From: Nemertoderma westbladi
Lineage: Eukaryota; Animalia; Xenacoelomorpha
Length of the DNA: 37,315 bases
NCBI GenBank assembly: GCA_032718475.1
Contig: JAUCBJ010005265.1
Coordinates: 1-37,315 of the forward strand
Direction: 5' to 3'
The notes under the pieces are model-generated. The model was not told where the DNA came from and made no database searches. It worked only from the letters and a program-made list of their open reading frames with translations. A program made the translations under genes and the position numbers. Positions 35,501-37,315 of this stretch are shown here, piece by piece (the stretch's first letter is position 1; each line of letters begins with the position of its first letter).

Positions 35501-37315
35501 TGAGTTGTAAAGTTATAAGTTCTGTTCTACTTGCAGTTAATTACAGGTGAGTTGTAAAGTTATAAGTTCTACTTGCAGTTAATTACAGGTGAGTTGTAAA
35601 GTTATAAGTTCTACTTTCAGTTAATTACAGGTGAGTTGTAAAGTTATAAGTTCTACTTTCAGTTAATTACAGGTGAGTTGTAAAGTTATAAGTTCTGTTC
35701 TACTTGCAGTTAATTACAGGTGAGTTGTAAAGTTATAAGTTCTACTTGCAGTTAATTACAGGTGAGTTGTAAAGTTATAAGTTCTACTTGCAGTTAATTA
35801 CAGGTGAGTTGTAAAGTTATAAGTTCTACTTTCAGTTAATTACAGGTGAGTTGTAAAGTTATAAGTTCTGTTCTACTTGCAGTTAATTACAGGTGAGTTG
35901 TAAAGTTATAAGTTCTACTTGCAGTTAATTACAGGTGAGTTGTAAAGTTATAAGTTCTACTTGCAGTTAATTACAGGTGAGTTGTAAAGTTATAAGTTCT
36001 ACTTTCAGTTAATTACAGGTGAGTTGTAAAGTTATAAGTTCTACTTTCAGTTAATTACAGGTGAGTTGTAAAGTTATAAGTTCTGTTCTACTTGCAGTTA
36101 ATTACAGGTGAGTTGTAAAGTTATAAGTTCTACTTGCAGTTAATTACAGGTGAGTTGTAAAGTTATAAGTTCTACTTTCAGTTAATTACAGGTGAGTTGT
36201 AAAGTTATAAGTTCTACTTTCAGTTAATTACAGGTGAGTTGTAAAGTTATAAGTTCTGTTCTACTTGCAGTTAATTACAGGTGAGTTGTAAAGTTATAAG
36301 TTCTACTTGCAGTTAATTACAGGTGAGTTGTAAAGTTATAAGTTCTACTTGCAGTTAATTACAGGTGAGTTGTAAAGTTATAAGTTCTGTCTACTTGCAG
36401 TTAATTACAGGTGAGTTGTAAAGTTATAAGTTCAACTTGCAGTTAATTACAGGTGAGTTGTAAAGTTATAAGTTCTGTTCTACTTGCAGTTAATTACAGG
36501 TGAGTTGTAAAGTTATAAGTTCTACTTGCAGTTAATTACAGGTGAGTTGTAAAGTTATAAGTTCTGTTCTACTTGCAGTTAATTACAGGTGAGTTGTAAA
36601 GTTATAAGTTCTACTTGCAGTTAATTACAGGTGAGTTGTAAAGTTATAAGTTCTACTTGCAGTTAATTACAGGTGAGTTGTAAAGTTATAAGTTCTACTT
36701 GCAGTTAATTACAGGTGAGTTGTAAAGTTATAAGTTCTACTTGCAGTTAATTACAGGTGAGTTGTAAAGTTATAAGTTCTACTTGCAGTTAATTACAGGT
36801 GAGTTGTAAAGTTATAAGTTCTACTTGCAGTTAATTACAGGTGAGTTGTAAAGTTATAAGTTCTACTTGCAGTTAATTACAGGTGAGTTGTAAAGTTATA
36901 AGTTCTACTTGCAGTTAATTACAGGTGAGTTGTAAAGTTATAAGTTCTGTTCTACTTGCAGTTAATTACAGGTGAGTTGTAAAGTTATAAGTTCTACTTG
37001 CAGTTAATTACAGGTGAGTTGTAAAGTTATAAGTTCTACTTGCAGTTAATTACAGGTGAGTTGTAAAGTTATAAGTTCTGTTCTACTTGCAGTTAATTAC
37101 AGGTGAGTTGTAAAGTTATAAGTTCTACTTGCAGTTAATTACAGGTGAGTTGTAAAGTTATAAGTTCTACTTGCAGTTAATTACAGGTGAGTTGTAAAGT
37201 TATAAGTTCTACTTGCAGTTAATTACAGGTGAGTTGTAAAGTTATAAGTTCTGTTCTACTTGCAGTTAATTACAGGTGAGTTGTAAAGTTATAAGTTCTA
37301 CTTGCAGTTAATTAC
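23530..37315. repeat. Highly homogeneous 42-bp tandem satellite (roughly 320 units) running off the window end
   Basis: Unit TTCTACTTGCAGTTAATTACAGGTGAGTTGTAAAGTTATAAG (about 31% GC), with a 47-bp variant carrying an extra GTTCT. Stops in all six frames and no unique spacers. Confidence 0.98.

Noticed and set aside
23479-37315. CRISPR-like or leader-hairpin-plus-repeat-array system
   Set aside because: There are no unique spacers and no cas genes, the context is eukaryotic, and the hairpin is a synthetic adapter pair.
23530-37315. Novel long telomeric repeat (G>C skew on + strand, TTACAGG core, runs to the window end)
   Set aside because: Its terminal position depends on an adapter-mediated chimeric join, so nothing here shows it caps a chromosome. 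It would need read-end enrichment or Bal31/FISH evidence.
23530-37315. Repetitive protein-coding region (unit divisible by 3) or spliced-leader RNA gene array
   Set aside because: All six frames have stops in each unit. The unit is too short and shows no clear Sm site or stem-loops for an SL RNA gene.

Overview
This is AT-rich, transposon-dense eukaryotic DNA, most likely from an invertebrate animal, and it has two parts joined artificially. Bases 1-23478 contain four 3' exons of a + strand rhodopsin-family GPCR resembling melatonin receptors (TM4 to stop; 5' exons not found). They also contain a decayed CRE-clade (RLE-type) non-LTR retrotransposon on the - strand whose RT region is split by a solo LTR, a second related solo LTR, several 5'-truncated RTE-clade LINE copies with (TAG)n tails, and MITE/Helitron-type elements. 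At 23479-23529 lie two back-to-back copies of the SMART / PacBio low-input amplification adapter (AAGCAGTGGTATCAACGCAGAGTACT). The ~13.8 kb 42-bp tandem array from 23530 to the end is therefore attached through a library chimera, and its position here is not biological. The array unit itself is unusual: every copy reads as splice acceptor + 10 nt + consensus splice donor (ttgcAG-TTAATTACAG-GTGAGT). I found no convincing new multi-gene system. All family assignments come from motif recognition by eye, not database searches.
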